DNA of 64,000 nucleotides from Curvularia clavata (Eukaryota): NCBI GenBank assembly GCA_023920165.1, contig CP089275.1, positions 2,976,001 to 3,040,000 of the forward strand, read 5' to 3'. Shown piece by piece: positions 63,571 to 64,000 of this stretch (position 1 is its first letter; each line of letters starts with the position of its first letter). The notes under the pieces were generated by a model. It saw only the letters and a program-made list of their open reading frames with translations, ran no database searches and was not told where the DNA came from. The position numbers and the translations under genes were made by a program.

Positions 63571-64000
63571 TCCAATACAGCTCGTCTCAGTTTTTGAGAA
63601 GCTACCTACGTCGAAGCCACCAATCCTGTTCCTGGACACGGTTGATACTTGATATCTTGTATGTGCAGGGAGTTGGCTCAAGTCAGCTACGCAAAACTTT
63701 GCAGTGGTAAGATTGCAAAAACCAAGGTGTTATCATTGTCCGCCAAACATATGTCAACACTCACTATGCCAATGCAGTTTTGTCTACCAAGAGAGCCTTG
63801 TGGTCTTGTAGAAAATCCACGATATTACGAATCGCACATATTGACGCCGAGCTACTTTCCTGCGGTGACAAGGATTATCCGTAAATCGCGTGTCGGATAA
63901 AACCAAAGCAAAATATACCCGGTAACACAAAGATCGTCGTGAGCACCCAATGCTACGGAACTACGCGTTTAGTATTACTAGAATTCTCCTGCTAAGAACC

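Noticed and set aside
1..64000. CRISPR arrays, rRNA, tRNA, Starship captain or LTR elements
   Set aside because: No repeat-spacer arrays, RNA gene signatures, tyrosine recombinase or gag/pol motifs seen by eye; a tRNA/covariance scan was not possible.

Overview
Intron-rich filamentous-ascomycete genomic DNA; Dothideomycete/Pleosporales-like by general impression only. About 24 protein-coding loci are supported. Conserved genes include flbD-type Myb, MTC6, RRG7, MED21, TMS1/Serinc, an MCH1-like MFS transporter, SEC5, a mitochondrial carrier, a GTT3-like protein, Ank-MYND, an SDR, a cyclase, two PTH11-like receptors and a BTB protein. An ~13.5 kb accessory island (~19.9-33.1 kb) interrupts them. 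It holds gene relics, a zymocin alpha/beta-like LysM-CBM18-GH18 chitinase, a head-to-head unannotated secreted protein (candidate toxic gamma-like subunit; both proteins end in an apparently unpaired Cys), an intracellular 2EXR/F-box-like protein and two secreted LysM proteins. Together these form a candidate chromosomal killer-toxin and self-protection module. Other highlights: a single in-frame TAG in place of a conserved Trp codon in flbD, an orphan NLS-bearing protein with an R-S-E ADP-ribosyltransferase-like signature, and a complete 1530-bp Tc1-type transposon inactivated by RIP-type C-to-T stops. All protein calls come from motif recognition and manual splicing, not database searches.
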